Assembly: GCA_041653535.1 (NCBI GenBank)
Contig: JBAZFH010000002.1
Span: 173,011 to 237,010 of the forward strand
Source of the DNA: Patescibacteria group bacterium
GTDB taxonomy: Bacteria > Patescibacteriota > Patescibacteriia > JACRDY01
Direction: 5' to 3'
Length of the DNA stretch: 64,000 nt
Made by a program: the position numbers and the translations under genes. The notes below the pieces were generated by a model. It did not search any database. It was not told the origin of the DNA and saw only the letters and a program-made list of their open reading frames with translations. This document shows, in pieces, positions 43,417-53,347 of this stretch (positions are counted from its first letter, which is position 1; each line of letters begins with the position of its first letter).

Positions 43417-44218
43417 TGCCAGGAGAATGGTAAAAAATTTAATCTGGTTGTACAAGTATGTCTTAGAGTATTTAGGTTCTTTTTTTGTTATCGAGGGAGA
43501 TTTATCGCGGTTAGTAATCACCGTTGATGTAGAGACCGCTGTCGATTTTTGCAATTGGCAGCCAGAGGCCGTTGCGTTAAAACATGCTGAAATCTCTCGA
43601 AGTGCTATAACGGAAATGATCGCTTTGACTAGGCAGTACAATGTGCCTATTACGTGGTTTTGTACTGGGAAGACTATTTTAAAAAACGAACAAGAGCCGT
43701 TAAATTATTTTGGTGATCTAATTGATGGCTTAACCGATTCCGGAGTGGGGCACGAAATAGCTTCGCATACTTTTAGCCATCCGCATTGTTCCAAAATCAG
43801 TCGACAGGATTTTATTCAAGAGATGCAAAAATTGAAAGAAGCCTTTGTCCAAAGAGGATTGGCATTTAGCAGCCATGCTTATCCTTGGAACGAGGTTGCT
43901 TATCTCGAGGAGTTACCAAAATTTAGCGTTCAAACTGTCAGAATAAAAGAAGGACTCTTTCCAAGTGTTATAAGTCAGCCGGAAAAATCGATTGTCAATT
44001 TAGTTAAACAATCTCTTGAAGGCACGCCACTTAGTTTTTGGTTGATTAAATTTGGTCTGCATATTGCCCGGCGAAAAAAAGCCTGTTTTGTCTGGTTGCT
44101 GCACCCGGAAAATTTTTATTATCAGCAAGATAAAGAGATAATAAAAAAAGTTTTTGACTACGCCGTTTATTTGCGGAAAAAAGGAGAACTAAAAATTATT
44201 ACCGTTAAAGAAATATGA
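43406..44218 (+). CDS. Polysaccharide deacetylase (NodB-like) family protein
   Basis: ITVDVETAVDF and HEIASHTFSHP motifs. Confidence 0.6.
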   Translation: MSNSARRMVKNLIWLYKYVLEYLGSFFVIEGDLSRLVITVDVETAVDFCNWQPEAVALKHAEISRSAITEMIALTRQYNVPITWFCTGKTILKNEQEPLNYFGDLIDGLTDSGVGHEIASHTFSHPHCSKISRQDFIQEMQKLKEAFVQRGLAFSSHAYPWNEVAYLEELPKFSVQTVRIKEGLFPSVISQPEKSIVNLVKQSLEGTPLSFWLIKFGLHIARRKKACFVWLLHPENFYYQQDKEIIKKVFDYAVYLRKKGELKIITVKEI

Positions 44219-45129
44219 ATAAAGAAAAATGCATAGTTTGCGGTCAAACGCAGCTTGACAATGTTTTTGAAATCCAAAGACCGGATTTTTCTCGTCCGGT
44301 AGGGATTGTTGTTTGTCGTAACTGTGGTTTTATTTTTCAGTCAGTGGGTCTGACACAGCAGGAAACAGCTTTATATTATAATCGGGAATACTATCAGCGT
44401 CAGACGTCTTTTTTGGAAAAAATGTTGGTGCTTTTTTTAGAATGGCTGGTGGCAATAGAAATCGGCAAAAATCGTTCCGGTGGGTTGATTTTAGATATTG
44501 GTTGTGGGGAAGGAAATTTTTTAAATAGTATGAAAAGAAATGGTTGGCGAACCTTCGGTATTGACACCTCGGCTGTTGCCTGTGAGGTGGCGACTAAAAA
44601 ATTAGGCAACGATGCTGTCGTGTTAAATAAAAATCTTGAAGATTGCGGATTTGCTGATAACTATTTTGATGTCGTAACTTTGTGGCATGTTTTGGAACAT
44701 ATCGAGAATCCCGACCGGTTACTCACCGAAATACGGCGTATTCTTAAACCAAATGGTATGCTGGTTGTTGAAGTGCCAAATTTATCTAGTCCGGTTTTTA
44801 AACTCACCAAGCAGGGGTACTTTAGTTTTGACGACCCGACTCACTTGTATCATTTTAGCGCTAAGACGCTAAATAAGTTGATTGAAAAAAACGGCTTTTC
44901 TTTTAAAAAACGGGGTTGCACGACATTCAATATTGTTTTATCATTATTTACTAGCATATCGCGCCGATTGTATTATCGAGATAAAATAAATTCTAAGGTG
45001 ATAAGGAGCCTGGTTTTTGTTGTTTTGTTTCCACTTTTGACGATTTTGACCTTAATTTTTGGATTTTTGACGCTAATACGTCCGCTAGGCAGTGTTTTGC
45101 GATTTTACTACTCAAATAATCAAAAATAA
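44215..45129 (+). CDS. Class I SAM methyltransferase with N-terminal zinc ribbon
   Basis: CIVCG...CRNCG, then ILDIGCGEGNFL and LWHVLEHI. ATGA start/stop overlap. Confidence 0.7.
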   Translation: MNKEKCIVCGQTQLDNVFEIQRPDFSRPVGIVVCRNCGFIFQSVGLTQQETALYYNREYYQRQTSFLEKMLVLFLEWLVAIEIGKNRSGGLILDIGCGEGNFLNSMKRNGWRTFGIDTSAVACEVATKKLGNDAVVLNKNLEDCGFADNYFDVVTLWHVLEHIENPDRLLTEIRRILKPNGMLVVEVPNLSSPVFKLTKQGYFSFDDPTHLYHFSAKTLNKLIEKNGFSFKKRGCTTFNIVLSLFTSISRRLYYRDKINSKVIRSLVFVVLFPLLTILTLIFGFLTLIRPLGSVLRFYYSNNQK

Positions 45130-46617
45130 ATGAAGGTATTGCTTTCTAATCCTCCTTGCCGCGTTGATTCGGGTGACGGCAAAGAAAAGTTTTTTATCCG
45201 TGCTGGCTCTCGCTGGCCATTTTCTGTCACAAAGAAAAAAGAGGAGAAAGCGGACTATTTACCGTTTCCTTTTTATTTAGCCTATACCGCCGCTCTTTTA
45301 GAAAAAAAAGGTTTTGATATTGTGGTTAACGACGCGGTGACGCTAAACAAAACAGAGGAAGAGTTTCTACAAGAAATCGTGCGAGACAATCCTGATATAA
45401 TTTTATTCGAAACCTCAACGCCGACGATCAATCATGACTTAGTATTAGTTAATAAAATAAAAAAACTTTTACCTAAAATAAAAATTGCTCTTGCCGGACC
45501 TCATGTTTCAACTTTTTTTCAAGAAACCATGAAAAAATCTCCAGTTGTAGATTTTATTTTTATTCAAGAATACGAGCTGTCCTTCACTGAATTAGTCGAA
45601 CGGTTAGTACAAGGAAAGACTTTTGATGATATTACGGGGCTAGTTTGGCGTTCCGGTGAGCAGATAAAAAATAATCCACCAAAACTGATTGATCCGCTTG
45701 ATCAACTGCCGCCGCCGGCTCGTCGTTTTTTCCCTATTGATTTGTATTGGGACGGATTTTGCCAATATCGGCCGGCAGTACAGATGCATGCCACCAGAGG
45801 TTGTCCTTTTCGCTGTAATTTTTGTCTTTGGAACCAAGTAATGTACAACAATGCCAAATATCGTACATTTGGTGTTAAAAGAATCGTCGATGAAATGAAG
45901 GACTGCCAGAAAAAATACGGCGCCAAAGAAGTTTATTTTGACGACGATACTTTTACCGGCAATAAGCAATTTGTTTTAGATTTTTGTCGAGAGATAAAAA
46001 ATCGTGGTCTTAATATCCATTGGTCGTGTATGGGTGATGCCATGATCACCGACGAAGAAATGGTGGAAGCGATGGCGGATGCTGGTTGTGTTGGTATGAA
46101 ATTTGGCGTTGAGTCGGGAGATGCGGAGGTTTTAAAAAAAATTTGTAAGCCGGTGGTTCATGAAAAGATAAAAAAAGTAGCGCGACTACTAGCCAAAAAG
46201 CATATTAAGACTCATGCTACTTTTACTTTCGGTCTTTCAGGAGAAACTAAAGAGAGCATGAAAAAAACCATGGATTTTGCTAAAGAATTGGACGTTGATA
46301 GCGTGCAGTTTTCTATTAATACGCCTTTTCCGGGTACCAGGTATTACCAGGAATCTCAAGAAAAAGGTTTGTTACTAGCCAAAGATTGGTCGGACTACGA
46401 CGGGGCGACTTCTTCGATAGTTAAATTTGAAAATTTGACCAACGAGGAAGTAGAGTGGCGTTATTGCAGTGCTAGCGGTGAGTGGTTGCGTTATAAGCTA
46501 AAAAGCCCGCGTTGGGTGTTGCGACAGGTCTATAATTTTTTCCGTTTGCTGGTCGGACAAGGTACGGTTGGCGCCGGGCAAAAGTTAAAAAGGCTTTTTG
46601 AATTAATTAAATCTTAA
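45130..46617 (+). CDS. B12-binding-domain radical SAM protein (class B)
   Basis: RAGSRWPF..., TRGCPFRCNFC, and GVESGDAEV. Confidence 0.8.
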   Translation: MKVLLSNPPCRVDSGDGKEKFFIRAGSRWPFSVTKKKEEKADYLPFPFYLAYTAALLEKKGFDIVVNDAVTLNKTEEEFLQEIVRDNPDIILFETSTPTINHDLVLVNKIKKLLPKIKIALAGPHVSTFFQETMKKSPVVDFIFIQEYELSFTELVERLVQGKTFDDITGLVWRSGEQIKNNPPKLIDPLDQLPPPARRFFPIDLYWDGFCQYRPAVQMHATRGCPFRCNFCLWNQVMYNNAKYRTFGVKRIVDEMKDCQKKYGAKEVYFDDDTFTGNKQFVLDFCREIKNRGLNIHWSCMGDAMITDEEMVEAMADAGCVGMKFGVESGDAEVLKKICKPVVHEKIKKVARLLAKKHIKTHATFTFGLSGETKESMKKTMDFAKELDVDSVQFSINTPFPGTRYYQESQEKGLLLAKDWSDYDGATSSIVKFENLTNEEVEWRYCSASGEWLRYKLKSPRWVLRQVYNFFRLLVGQGTVGAGQKLKRLFELIKS

Positions 46618-46622
46618 TCAAT

Positions 46623-47765
46623 ATGAAAATCGGGGTTCTTATCGGACAGGTAGTACAGATAGGCGGTGTGTGTATTGCCGCTTTTGAAGAAGTGCGTAAT
46701 TTGCGAGCCGTTGGTCATGATGCCGAGCTGGTTATTTTGCAGGAGCGACCGGAATTTCGATTTGATGATTTTGCCGGCGATATTCCGATACGCTATATTT
46801 CTCGTGAGCTGCCGGCGTGGGCACGGATAGATTTCAAAATTCCATTTTTTTCTTTTTTTAGATTTTTTCATCTGCGCAGTTTTTTTACCGCCAAAAAAGT
46901 CATCAGAGATCAGGAGTATGATTTGCTGATTGTCCACGAAACATACAATTGTTTTGCTGCGCTATCTCTCAAGAAAGACCGTCATATTCCTTTCAAAGTT
47001 TTTTTGTGGGACCCGGCATCGTATATTTTGCCGAGAGTTTATCAAAACAGTTTTCTTGGTTTATTTTTACCGATACTTTTTCCTCTTAGCCTGCTACTTG
47101 ATAAAAAGATAATTAAAGAAGCCGAAGAGGTTATTGTTTGTTCTGATTTGCACAAAAAGTATATCGAAGGTATCGGCGGACGGGACAAAACTAAAATCGT
47201 TTATCCAGGTTGCTATCCCCTGGAAAAGTTACCAGAAGAAAAAAAACAATATCTATTAGCACTAACCAAATGGGATATCGGAAAAAATCCTTTCTTGCTT
47301 TTAGATGTTTTAAAAATATTGGTTGATAAAAATATAAAATTAATTGTTGCCGGAAATTGGGTGCAAGAAGATTATCGTCTGGAGTTTATTGATAAAATAA
47401 AGCAAGAAGGATTGGTTGATAGGGTAGGACTGATTGATAGGGTGGATGATCTGCAAAAGATACAGCTTTTTTCCGGCGCGATTGTCCTCGTTCATCCGAT
47501 TATCGAAGCTTTTGGCATGATGTGTTTAGAAGCGGCCGGTTGCGGATGTCCCAGCATTATCCCCAAAGGATCGGGGGTAACAAATATTTTTGAACACGGT
47601 ACGCAGGGTTTTTTTCCGACCGAAGGGGATATCAACGCTTACGCCGGCTATATAAACGATTTGGTAGCAGATACGGCTTTAGCGGCAAAAATGGGTAATG
47701 CAGCCTGGGAAGTGGCTAAACAAAACACCTGGGTAGAGCACGCTAAAAAGATATTGATGCAATAA
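46623..47765 (+). CDS. GT4 glycosyltransferase
   Basis: C-terminal HPIIEAFGMMCLEAAGCGCPSI (EX7E region). Confidence 0.7.
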   Translation: MKIGVLIGQVVQIGGVCIAAFEEVRNLRAVGHDAELVILQERPEFRFDDFAGDIPIRYISRELPAWARIDFKIPFFSFFRFFHLRSFFTAKKVIRDQEYDLLIVHETYNCFAALSLKKDRHIPFKVFLWDPASYILPRVYQNSFLGLFLPILFPLSLLLDKKIIKEAEEVIVCSDLHKKYIEGIGGRDKTKIVYPGCYPLEKLPEEKKQYLLALTKWDIGKNPFLLLDVLKILVDKNIKLIVAGNWVQEDYRLEFIDKIKQEGLVDRVGLIDRVDDLQKIQLFSGAIVLVHPIIEAFGMMCLEAAGCGCPSIIPKGSGVTNIFEHGTQGFFPTEGDINAYAGYINDLVADTALAAKMGNAAWEVAKQNTWVEHAKKILMQ

Positions 47766-47778
47766 ATATTCTTTAGCG

Positions 47779-48573
47779 ATGAACAAAGAACTAAACAATT
47801 CGGACGGCAATATCGGATCTTATGACCGGCAGTATTTTTTGGAGAAAGAATCCGGTCGGTACGATTTTCGTAATAAAATAATAAATCAAAGATTTAAAGA
47901 TATTTTGCGGTTGGTTGCTTTGAGTAGTAACGACAAGGTTTTAGATTTAGGGTCTGGTCGCGGCGAGATGGGTGATATTTTGCAAGGCAGTGCAGGAGAA
48001 ATTGTTTTAGCGGATTATTCTGATGAAGCGTTGGCGATAATAAGGGGGCATATTGTGGCAAATGAGAGGGTGAGGATAGAAAAGATCAACGCCAAAAGTA
48101 TTCCTTATCCCGACGAATATTTTGACAAGGTGTTCTTTTTGGAAGTTATCGAGCATCTCTATTTACCAGAAGCGGAAGATGTTTTAAGGGAAATAAAAAG
48201 AGTTTTAAAAAATGGTGGAGAGCTGATTTTATCTACTGGTCCAAACAAATATTTATCTTCTCCGCAATACTTTATCGCTCAAAAGGTTTTTAACCTAAAA
48301 ACAGAGTGGGGTAAATATCATTTAAACGAATTTTCGTATTTTTCACTTAGAAAAGCGGTCAAAAAAAATTTTAGTGATTTTAAAATATATTGTTATGAAG
48401 ATCCAGGATGGTTTTATTCGACAATAAAAAGCCAAAATCTTCCCAGACTAATCAAAGAGGTCACGCGTCTACTTAACAAAGTATATGATTTGAGTCTTTT
48501 TAGACTTCTGAGAACAAAGCTGCCGCTCAGAAAGTTTTTTGCTCACCGTTTCATATTAATAGCTAAGAAATAA
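47779..48573 (+). CDS. Class I SAM-dependent methyltransferase
   Basis: VLDLGSGRGEMG and FLEVIEHL. Confidence 0.7.
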   Translation: MNKELNNSDGNIGSYDRQYFLEKESGRYDFRNKIINQRFKDILRLVALSSNDKVLDLGSGRGEMGDILQGSAGEIVLADYSDEALAIIRGHIVANERVRIEKINAKSIPYPDEYFDKVFFLEVIEHLYLPEAEDVLREIKRVLKNGGELILSTGPNKYLSSPQYFIAQKVFNLKTEWGKYHLNEFSYFSLRKAVKKNFSDFKIYCYEDPGWFYSTIKSQNLPRLIKEVTRLLNKVYDLSLFRLLRTKLPLRKFFAHRFILIAKK

Positions 48574-48590
48574 AAAATAATTGATATTCT

Positions 48591-49253
48591 ATGTCCAGAA
48601 TAGATGATTCCCGTCAGGGTTACGACGAACTTCATAAAGATCAAGGCTTTAGCGAGGAGCCGGAGTACTATGAAGTTGTCGGCGCGTTAGTCAAGGGTAA
48701 AAAAAGCGTAGATATTGGTTGTGGCTATGGTTTTATCGAAATGTATTCTCCAGAAACAGTGGCGGTTGATTTTTCCGAAGAAGCGTTAAAAGTAGCGCAG
48801 CAAAATGGCGCGCGGCAAACAGTGAAAGCGCCAGCCGAAGAACTGCCGTTTGCCAGCGATGAGTTTGAAGTAGCGACAAGTATTGGTGTTTTGGAACACT
48901 GCGCCGATCAAAAAAAAGCAATTCAAGAAATGGTTAGGGTTTCCAAAATTCAAATTTTAGCAGTTCATGCCAAGTTGCCTTATGGTTTAGAATTAGTACG
49001 CCGTCCGCTCATTAAATTTTTTGGTCTCAAAGATCAGCCAATCGAAGACCCTCTGACTATGAAACAGATTAAGCAGCTGCTCAAAGACGCCGGCTCGCGC
49101 GTTATCGTCGAAGGTTTTTGGAACTATATTGATCTGCGCTGGCTTTGGAAAAAAATTCCTTATAGTTTGGTGAAATGGCCGTCTCATCATTTTGTCATTG
49201 CTATTAAAACACCAAACCTCGAACGTAAATTTTTAGGAGAAAATGAAAGATAA
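48591..49253 (+). CDS. Class I SAM-dependent methyltransferase
   Basis: SVDIGCGYG and IGVLEHC. Confidence 0.65.
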   Translation: MSRIDDSRQGYDELHKDQGFSEEPEYYEVVGALVKGKKSVDIGCGYGFIEMYSPETVAVDFSEEALKVAQQNGARQTVKAPAEELPFASDEFEVATSIGVLEHCADQKKAIQEMVRVSKIQILAVHAKLPYGLELVRRPLIKFFGLKDQPIEDPLTMKQIKQLLKDAGSRVIVEGFWNYIDLRWLWKKIPYSLVKWPSHHFVIAIKTPNLERKFLGENER

Positions 49254-50376
49254 TATTGGAAAGATTATCAAAACTATTGTTAACAACCCGGGCAATATAC
49301 CCTGGCGCGGTTTTCAGTTCGCCCGAAGGATTTTTCCGCTAGATTATTATTTTGCCTCCGGTCACGCTTTTCCCCCAGACATTATTACCATACTGATCAC
49401 TAGGCGTTGTAATTTTAGTTGTCCGGGTTGTTCTTCTGCTTCACCGCTGTACACCAAAGATTGCGCGGACAAAAAAGAAATGAGCTTGGAGGAAATAAAG
49501 AAACTAATTGACCAAGTCGCTTGGTTTAAACCAGCGATATATTTTAACGGTGGCGAGCCAACACTCCGTCCTGATCTGATCGAGGCGATAAAATATGCCA
49601 AAAGCAAAGGGTTGATAACGGCGCTGACCACCAACGGCAGTTTGATGGACGAAGATTTGACGGCAAAAATAGTTTCCAGCGGGCTTGATTTTTATTCTAC
49701 CTCTATCGACGGTCCAGCAGAGTATCACAATGCTCGTCGCGGTTTTACTTTTGCTTATGAAAACGCTACCAGGGGAATTATCAATCTTTTGCTTGCTAGA
49801 AAAAAGGCAGGCGTTGCCACACCGCATATTCGCATTTCTTGTATCACTAACAGTGAGAAGGTGGATTATAACTGGCACGTTTTGCACTTAGCGAACGACC
49901 TTGGCACTGACGAAGTGGCTTTTGGTAATCTAATGTTTTATTCACCAGAAGTTGAAAAAAAACAAAATGATTTTATTGCCGCGCATGGCACTGGCGGACA
50001 AGAAGTGATTGGTTTAGCCGTTAATGACGGCAAGATAGCGGTTGATGCCCCGGCATTAAAAGAGTTTTATCGCACCGCGAAGCAAAAATCCAAAATACCG
50101 GTTTACCTGGTGTTAAACGAGGGAGACGTTGATAGTTTCTATTCCTGGCGGTATCCGGCTAAAAGCCGTTGTCTTACTCCTTGGCTGGTGGCAGTGGTTT
50201 TACCAAACGGCGATGTGACGGTTTGCCAAAATTTAATACTAGGAAATATTTTGCAAGACAAATTTACAAAAATCTGGAATAACAAAAAGTTTAAATATTT
50301 TCGTTTAGCCAGAAAGAAATACCAGATGCCGGCTTGTTTTCGTTGTATCGAAGGTCAGGAAATAAAATTTGATTAA
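49243..50376 (+). CDS. Radical SAM protein with SPASM/twitch-type C-terminal Cys motifs
   Basis: TRRCNFSCPGC and FNGGEPTL. C-terminal ...RCLTPW...VCQN...CFRC. Confidence 0.75.
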   Translation: MKDNIGKIIKTIVNNPGNIPWRGFQFARRIFPLDYYFASGHAFPPDIITILITRRCNFSCPGCSSASPLYTKDCADKKEMSLEEIKKLIDQVAWFKPAIYFNGGEPTLRPDLIEAIKYAKSKGLITALTTNGSLMDEDLTAKIVSSGLDFYSTSIDGPAEYHNARRGFTFAYENATRGIINLLLARKKAGVATPHIRISCITNSEKVDYNWHVLHLANDLGTDEVAFGNLMFYSPEVEKKQNDFIAAHGTGGQEVIGLAVNDGKIAVDAPALKEFYRTAKQKSKIPVYLVLNEGDVDSFYSWRYPAKSRCLTPWLVAVVLPNGDVTVCQNLILGNILQDKFTKIWNNKKFKYFRLARKKYQMPACFRCIEGQEIKFD

Positions 50377-50377
50377 T

Positions 50378-51574
50378 ATGCGGATATGTTTTTTTAATCT
50401 TAATCGGCTTGATTACGAAGGTGGCGCCGAAAAGTATTTTGTCGAGACGGCTGCCGCGCTAAAAAGGGATGGTCAGGATGTTTTTTTTGTTTGTGATAAT
50501 TACTTTTACGTTCGGATTCGGCCAAAAATAGAAAATTTTATTTTTCGTCTGATCGGAGCGCCACTGCATCAAAATGGGATTACTTCCCGCCAGCTGGAAG
50601 AAGATCTGAAAATATTTGATAGCTACAAAATGCCGCTATTATTTCAGTTGCCGTTTTCCGCCGCACGCAGGAAAATCAAAAAATTATTAGCCCAAGCCGA
50701 CGTAATTTATTGCAAAAACGAGTTTATTGATTCTTGGTATTTGAAACGTTTAATCGGCAAAAAGGGATTTGCCAAAGTAGTGCTTGGATTACACACTGCT
50801 ATTTTTTTAGCCAATGCAGAATCTTTTCATTCGCGAGTTCATAATTTTTTGTATTTTTCGCGCGTTTACCAAAAAGTTTTGCAGCTTTGCGGCGCCGTTC
50901 ATGTGATCAACAATTCCTATAAAGATAAATTGGTCGAAAGTTTCAAGCTTGATCCGGGAAAAATTGTCTTTGTGCCAAACGGAATAAAAGAAAACGATTT
51001 GGAAAGGACGACTGCCGGCGAAAGTGACGCTTTTAAGATTTTATTCGCCGGACGCTTTACCGAACAAAAAGGCATTGATTATTTGTCGGAAATCATTGAT
51101 AATCTATCTAAAGATCCAATCTTTTCGCGAATAGAAATATTGATTGCCGGAGCGGGTCAGCGCCAGGATATTGTAGATAAATTGATAAATAAATTTAGTA
51201 ACGTCAAATATCTTGGTTTTGTCAAGGAAATGTCGAATCTTTATCGACAAGTTGATATTTGCATCGTGCCGTCACGTTGGGAAATGTTTCCGTATAATTG
51301 TCTGGAGCCGCAAGCGAAAAGTTTGCCAGTAGTGGCTTTCGACATTCCCGGAACTAAAGATATTGTTGTTAATGGCACGACCGGGTTACTTACTCCGCTT
51401 GGCGAGGCGAATTCCTTTAGCGGGGCAATAAAAAAAATGTTTGATCTAAAGGCTAATAACCGCGTCGAGTGGCAAGTGATGAAAGATGCGGCTTACAAAA
51501 ATGTTTCGGAAAGATTTACTCTGACAGCTGTGGCAAAAGAACTGGAAAAACTTTTTGAAAAAGTAAAAAAATAA
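50378..51574 (+). CDS. GT4 glycosyltransferase
   Basis: Start set at the ATG 1 nt after the upstream stop. GRFTEQKGI and PSRWEMFPYNCLEPQAKSLPVV. Confidence 0.7.
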   Translation: MRICFFNLNRLDYEGGAEKYFVETAAALKRDGQDVFFVCDNYFYVRIRPKIENFIFRLIGAPLHQNGITSRQLEEDLKIFDSYKMPLLFQLPFSAARRKIKKLLAQADVIYCKNEFIDSWYLKRLIGKKGFAKVVLGLHTAIFLANAESFHSRVHNFLYFSRVYQKVLQLCGAVHVINNSYKDKLVESFKLDPGKIVFVPNGIKENDLERTTAGESDAFKILFAGRFTEQKGIDYLSEIIDNLSKDPIFSRIEILIAGAGQRQDIVDKLINKFSNVKYLGFVKEMSNLYRQVDICIVPSRWEMFPYNCLEPQAKSLPVVAFDIPGTKDIVVNGTTGLLTPLGEANSFSGAIKKMFDLKANNRVEWQVMKDAAYKNVSERFTLTAVAKELEKLFEKVKK

Positions 51575-51575
51575 T

Positions 51576-52127
51576 ATGGTAGAGCTGCAAAAAATAAACT
51601 TTGGTTGCGGGCACAAACATTTGTCCGGTTTTATTAATGTTGATAATAACCCCAACGTCAAAGAAGCTGATGTTGTTCATGACTTAAATATCTTTCCTTA
51701 TCCTTTTGCTGATTCTTCGGTTAACGAAGTAATCATGGACCATGTTTTGGAACACTTGGACGATCCGATTCGGGTGATTGAAGAGCTATATCGAATCAGT
51801 GCTGACGGGGCGATGCTTTATATCAAGACGCCGCATTTTTCTTGCAACTGGCTGCACCCGGGGCACAAAAATGGGATTAGCACGATGCTTTTCAGCTATT
51901 TTGTTCATGACGGAGATGATTACTACGGAGATTGTTACTTTGAAGTAAAGAAAATCAAGTTAAGCTGGTTGCGTCCAGCAAACAAACATTCGGTTGCGCT
52001 CAATACGCTTTCCCGGATAATTAATTTTTTCGCCAACCTCAATATTGGTTTCTGTCAGCGAGTTTGGTGTTACTGGGTGGGGGGATTTGAAGAGTTAGAA
52101 TTTGAAACCAAAGTAATAAAAAAATAA
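51576..52127 (+). CDS. Class I SAM-dependent methyltransferase (Methyltransf_11-like)
   Basis: INFGCGHKHLSGFINVD and MDHVLEHL. Confidence 0.6.
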   Translation: MVELQKINFGCGHKHLSGFINVDNNPNVKEADVVHDLNIFPYPFADSSVNEVIMDHVLEHLDDPIRVIEELYRISADGAMLYIKTPHFSCNWLHPGHKNGISTMLFSYFVHDGDDYYGDCYFEVKKIKLSWLRPANKHSVALNTLSRIINFFANLNIGFCQRVWCYWVGGFEELEFETKVIKK

Positions 52128-52128
52128 A

Positions 52129-53346
52129 ATGACAGAGTTTTTTTTCTCGGAAATAGAAAAATATAAATATCCGGATTTTCTGATTGATATTATCCAGGAT
52201 TCTTTGAATATTTTTCTTGGTAATATCGGTGAAGACAATCTTGCCGCCGTTGTCCTTCATGGTAGCACCGCGAAGGGTAAAATTACTATTATTGGTGATC
52301 AGCTCTACAGCGATGTGGAGTTTTTTGTCTTTGTTCGCCGTAGCGTTAGCGGCGCGGCAGCAGAAAAAATAAGAAACGATTTGGTGGCGATAAAAGAAAA
52401 GTACCATCAAAAAAACCGTTTTTTTCATGTCGACTTTATTATTAAGAAAAAGTGTTTAATGCGGTTTTATCAGAGAAACCTTTTGATCTATGAGCTGAAA
52501 AACGCCGGTAAGGTTTTGTACGGTGATCTGAATATTCTTTCTAATATCCCGAAGATCGATGAAAAAAACATTAATCTGAGAGCCGTCAACGATATTATGC
52601 TTATGCGCTTGAGGGTTTTCTTGAAAGATTTTAGTTTTAATCCTGGTGACAAAGAGGATTATTATGCGTTACTAAAAAATGTTTATCAGTATTTAATGGC
52701 GGTGGTTGTTTTTAATAAAGGGATTTTGTTACCTAGCGGTTATGACAGGTATAAATATGTCGAAGCGCACCACGAGGACTATTTATTTTTGGGGGACAGA
52801 TTTTTTTCCAATTATTATTTTTCCAGTCGGATGAAATTTCCGATGCACTTTGCGGAAAACGAGAGAAACGTGTCTTTTGATAAGGGGTATTTTGATTACG
52901 CCAAAGAAGTGGTGGGCGGCATGTTTTTAGTTCTGAGACTTTTACTTCAAAAAAACAATCTGTCCCAGTCAGAGATAAATGAGGAGAACGTTTTTTCTGT
53001 TTTAGACAGATCAGCCGATATTTTTAATGACAGCTGGTTCGATGTTTATAGTCTGGCTTGTCGGGTGCGCTATCTCAAGCAAGTTGTTTTATCGGGTAAG
53101 ATTTTTTCTCTATTTAAAGCTTTTAGACCGATAAAAAAGAAATTGGTTTTGGCGTATCTGGCGCTTTGTTTTGCTCTCAAAAAACAACTAAATGGCGAAT
53201 CACCAGATTTGTATTTGCAGTTGGCGGCAAAATATACCAAGCAACTCAGTTACGAAAATACAAAGTTTTCTCTGACAGGGGACTTTAAAAAAGATTTTTA
53301 TTTCCTTAAAGCGGAGCTGCTCACTATTTATCGAATTGTTTTTTAA
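52129..53346 (+). CDS. Hypothetical protein with possible minimal nucleotidyltransferase (Pol-beta-like) N-domain
   Basis: VVLHGSTAKGK...SDVEFFVF resembles the GS...[DE]x[DE] NTase signature. The rest is helical. Weak call. Confidence 0.3.
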   Translation: MTEFFFSEIEKYKYPDFLIDIIQDSLNIFLGNIGEDNLAAVVLHGSTAKGKITIIGDQLYSDVEFFVFVRRSVSGAAAEKIRNDLVAIKEKYHQKNRFFHVDFIIKKKCLMRFYQRNLLIYELKNAGKVLYGDLNILSNIPKIDEKNINLRAVNDIMLMRLRVFLKDFSFNPGDKEDYYALLKNVYQYLMAVVVFNKGILLPSGYDRYKYVEAHHEDYLFLGDRFFSNYYFSSRMKFPMHFAENERNVSFDKGYFDYAKEVVGGMFLVLRLLLQKNNLSQSEINEENVFSVLDRSADIFNDSWFDVYSLACRVRYLKQVVLSGKIFSLFKAFRPIKKKLVLAYLALCFALKKQLNGESPDLYLQLAAKYTKQLSYENTKFSLTGDFKKDFYFLKAELLTIYRIVF

Positions 53347-53347
53347 T

